Of a DNA stretch of 64,000 nt, positions 61,570 to 64,000 are shown piece by piece (positions within the stretch are counted from its first letter, which is position 1; each line of letters starts with the position of its first letter). The position numbers were made by a program, and so were the translations under genes. The stretch comes from the human T2T-CHM13v2.0 reference genome, Homo sapiens. The DNA is taken from the NCBI RefSeq assembly GCF_009914755.1, contig NC_060928.1. One strand, 5' to 3'. The notes beneath the pieces are model-generated. The model saw only the letters and a program-made list of their open reading frames with translations, was not told the origin of the DNA and did not search any database.

Positions 61570-62029
61570 TTTATAGTAGAAGAGCTTTTTCAGTTGGTTT
61601 CTTACAAGTGGAAATTTGGGCTCAGAGGCTTATATTCATGTTGTTCTCTTCTGGCCCTTTAGTTTAAACTGGCAAGTTTTTTGAATTATTTGGTTTATTT
61701 TCACATAACAAATTATTTTCCACTCCTTTAGGATAAAACCACCACACAGATCTCCTGGAGATAAGCCTTTCTTTACTTAGGGCTGAAAGTCAGATGTTGT
61801 TGGAATACATCCTATGACTCTTAACAAGAATTTTTCATTTAGTTTTGTTTGGCTAAGAGAGTCTAGAGGCCCTTCCTTAACTAGGTATCTTACAGGCACA
61901 GCCTTCATATAATCTTTAACCTGAGAGGGCATTTTTACTGGCAACAGTCTGGATGTAAACATTGCCCAAAGCTACTTCTTATGTTAAGAATAATTTGCCA
62001 TACAGAGAGGCTGAAAAGAAAAACAACTT

Positions 62030-63333
62030 TCTTGATAAAAAGAATTAATATCTAAAATATTTCAAGAGATTTATGCTGAGCCAAATATCAGTGACCATGG
62101 CTGGTGACATAGCTCCAAGAGATCCTAAGAACATGAGCCTGAGGTGGTCCAGCTACAGCTTCATTTTATACATTTTCAGGAAACACGGGACATCAATTAT
62201 TACATGTAAGTTGTGACAGAGTAGGAGCATCACCATCTTGGACAAGCCCCTCATTTGTAAAATTCACATTAATAAAAAAACACCTAAATCCAAAGGGCAT
62301 CAGCCTAATGGCTAGTCAGCATGACCATAAACCACAGATGACATCTCCAACCAAAATCATTCCAAACTCCAAACTCCTCAACCAGAGACATGCTATCCCC
62401 GAGATAACCCCCCTCCAGCCAGGAAGATGCCTGCCCCAAGATAACCTCCCCTCCTCCCAGAGACATTCCAACCCTGCCGTATAATTTCTCCCTCAAACAG
62501 GAACATTCCAAGCTTCTGATAAGCCCCCTCACCGTAAAACCAATATATACTCTTAGCCTGTAAGAGAAAGGGCTCCTGACCAAAATTGGCCAGGAGCGCC
62601 TCTCAGGTTTTATCCAAAGTAAACCTGTCTTTAACTGCCAGCTGCATTTCATGTTTCTTTCCTCTTTCTTTAACTATTACAAGAGGTACATTGGTTTGAT
62701 TGGGAAATGTGGGACAACTGGAGGAGGGGGCTTTCAGGTCATAGGGAAATGCAAAGATGTTCTTGATTGGCAATTAGTTGAAAGAGTTTATTTAGAACCT
62801 AAATCAATAAAAGGGAGTGTTTGGCTTAAGATACTGGGTTGTGGAGACCAAAGTTCTTGTTATGCAGAGGTAGCCTCCAGGTAGCAGGCTTCAGAGAGAA
62901 CAGATTGTAAATGTTTCTTACGGGACTTTAAAAGGTGCCAAACTCTTAGTTAGTTCTCTCCTGGATCAGGAAAAAGACCTAGGAGCAAAAGAAATTCTCT
63001 ACAGAATGTAAATTTTTCCCCACAAAAGACAGTTTTGCAGGGCCATTTCAAAATATAAAAAAGAATAGATTTTGGGACAAAATACTTCCATTTCTTTCAG
63101 GCTTGCTATCTGTCATGTTATTGTCTTATTGCTACAGAGAGTCTTGGTTTTCATGTTAACTCTAGACAGCTATGCTTGAATTTCAAAAAGAGGAGGGTAT
63201 GATGAGGCATGTCTGGCCATCCATTTCCATCGTAACATGAATTAGTGTTTCAGGTTGATTTTAGAATGCCCTTGACCAAGAGGAGAGGTCCGTTCAGTTG
63301 GTGGGGGGTTTAAAATTTTATTTTTGGTTTACA
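62030..63333 (-). mobile_element. Solo ERV1 LTR, MER4 family (MER4E-like), with nested LTR
   Basis: AAAATATTTCAAGAGATTTATGCTGAGCCAAATAT... and ...TTTATTTTTGGTTTACA; degenerate TSD ACTT/GCTT. Confidence 0.85.
62214..62681 (+). mobile_element. Solo ERV1 LTR, LTR19-like, nested in MER4
   Basis: TGACAGAGTAGGAGCATCACCATCTTGGACAAGC...CTTTAACTATTACA; flanks AGTTG/AGAGG each differ by one base from the AGATG expected in MER4 (5-bp TSD). Confidence 0.75.
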
Positions 63334-64000
63334 GCTTTTATTTTGCAACCTAGCAAACTCTGAGTTAAAAATATTTTTTCTAAGACTTGAAATTTGAATA
63401 TTTTCTTATTTGAGTTTATCAGTTTTTTCCTAGGTGATAAATAAAACCAATTGACATTACCAACATTCTGCCTGAAAATCTTCTTAGGTAGACAATTTAA
63501 ATAGATAATTTTTCTATTTTTCAAGACAACAAGCAATGTACTTGCTAATTATTCTTCAGATTACAATTTCTAGTCTCCAGTAGCAGTTTCCTTACTGCCC
63601 TTCAAATTTCCACCTCTGGGCAATCTCCAAACTTGTGTTCAATGTTTTTGGATTTTGGTATAGCAACACAACACTTCAAGCAGTCCAAGTACCAAGCTGT
63701 GTATCAATTATCAACTGCTGCAGAATCAACCATAATTTTAGCCATAATCAAAGACTGTCTGCCACAGATATTAAACTTAAATACCCCAACAATGTAAGAA
63801 GTAGATTTTGCTAAACTGCCTAAAGTGGGTGAGAAAATCTGTTTGATTCTCTGGGTGAATATTAGGAAGTCCAAAATCTGTATTGTTAGAAAAGCTGACA
63901 TTTTGTTCTCTATCTACTCATTTTGCTTATCCCATTTGAAATTAGTTTAAAACCTAAGTGTGTCATTTGTTAGTCCTCTAATCCCAACTTGAACCTCAAG

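Overview
AT-rich, repeat-dense primate DNA. It is hominoid and probably human, because it carries AluY and an L1PA2/3-type element. No intact host protein-coding gene, RNA gene or CRISPR array is visible. The main content is a decayed TRIM75-like (RING-Bbox-coiled coil-PRY/SPRY) pseudogene on the minus strand (~23.6-25.0 kb), a near full-length L1PA2/3 (41.2-47.2 kb, minus; ORF1 dead, 1246-codon ORF2) nested in an ERV1 LTR, a partial ancient ERVL (LTR16/HERV16-like) provirus (50.5-54.3 kb), and many solo LTRs, Alus, MIR/L2 remnants and microsatellites. The most unusual structures are: (1) a ~455-bp mosaic insertion (8798-9253) stitched from inverted and direct copies of nearby DNA; (2) an L1PA4-like insertion whose 16-bp TSD also encloses an older L1 3' end (likely 3' transduction); (3) an Alu-L1 chimeric retroelement inside one TSD; (4) a non-TE inverted repeat with 63-bp arms; (5) further local duplications. 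I found no evidence of a new functional gene system. Repeat family names come from recalled consensus sequences, not a database search, and percent identities come from hand alignments.
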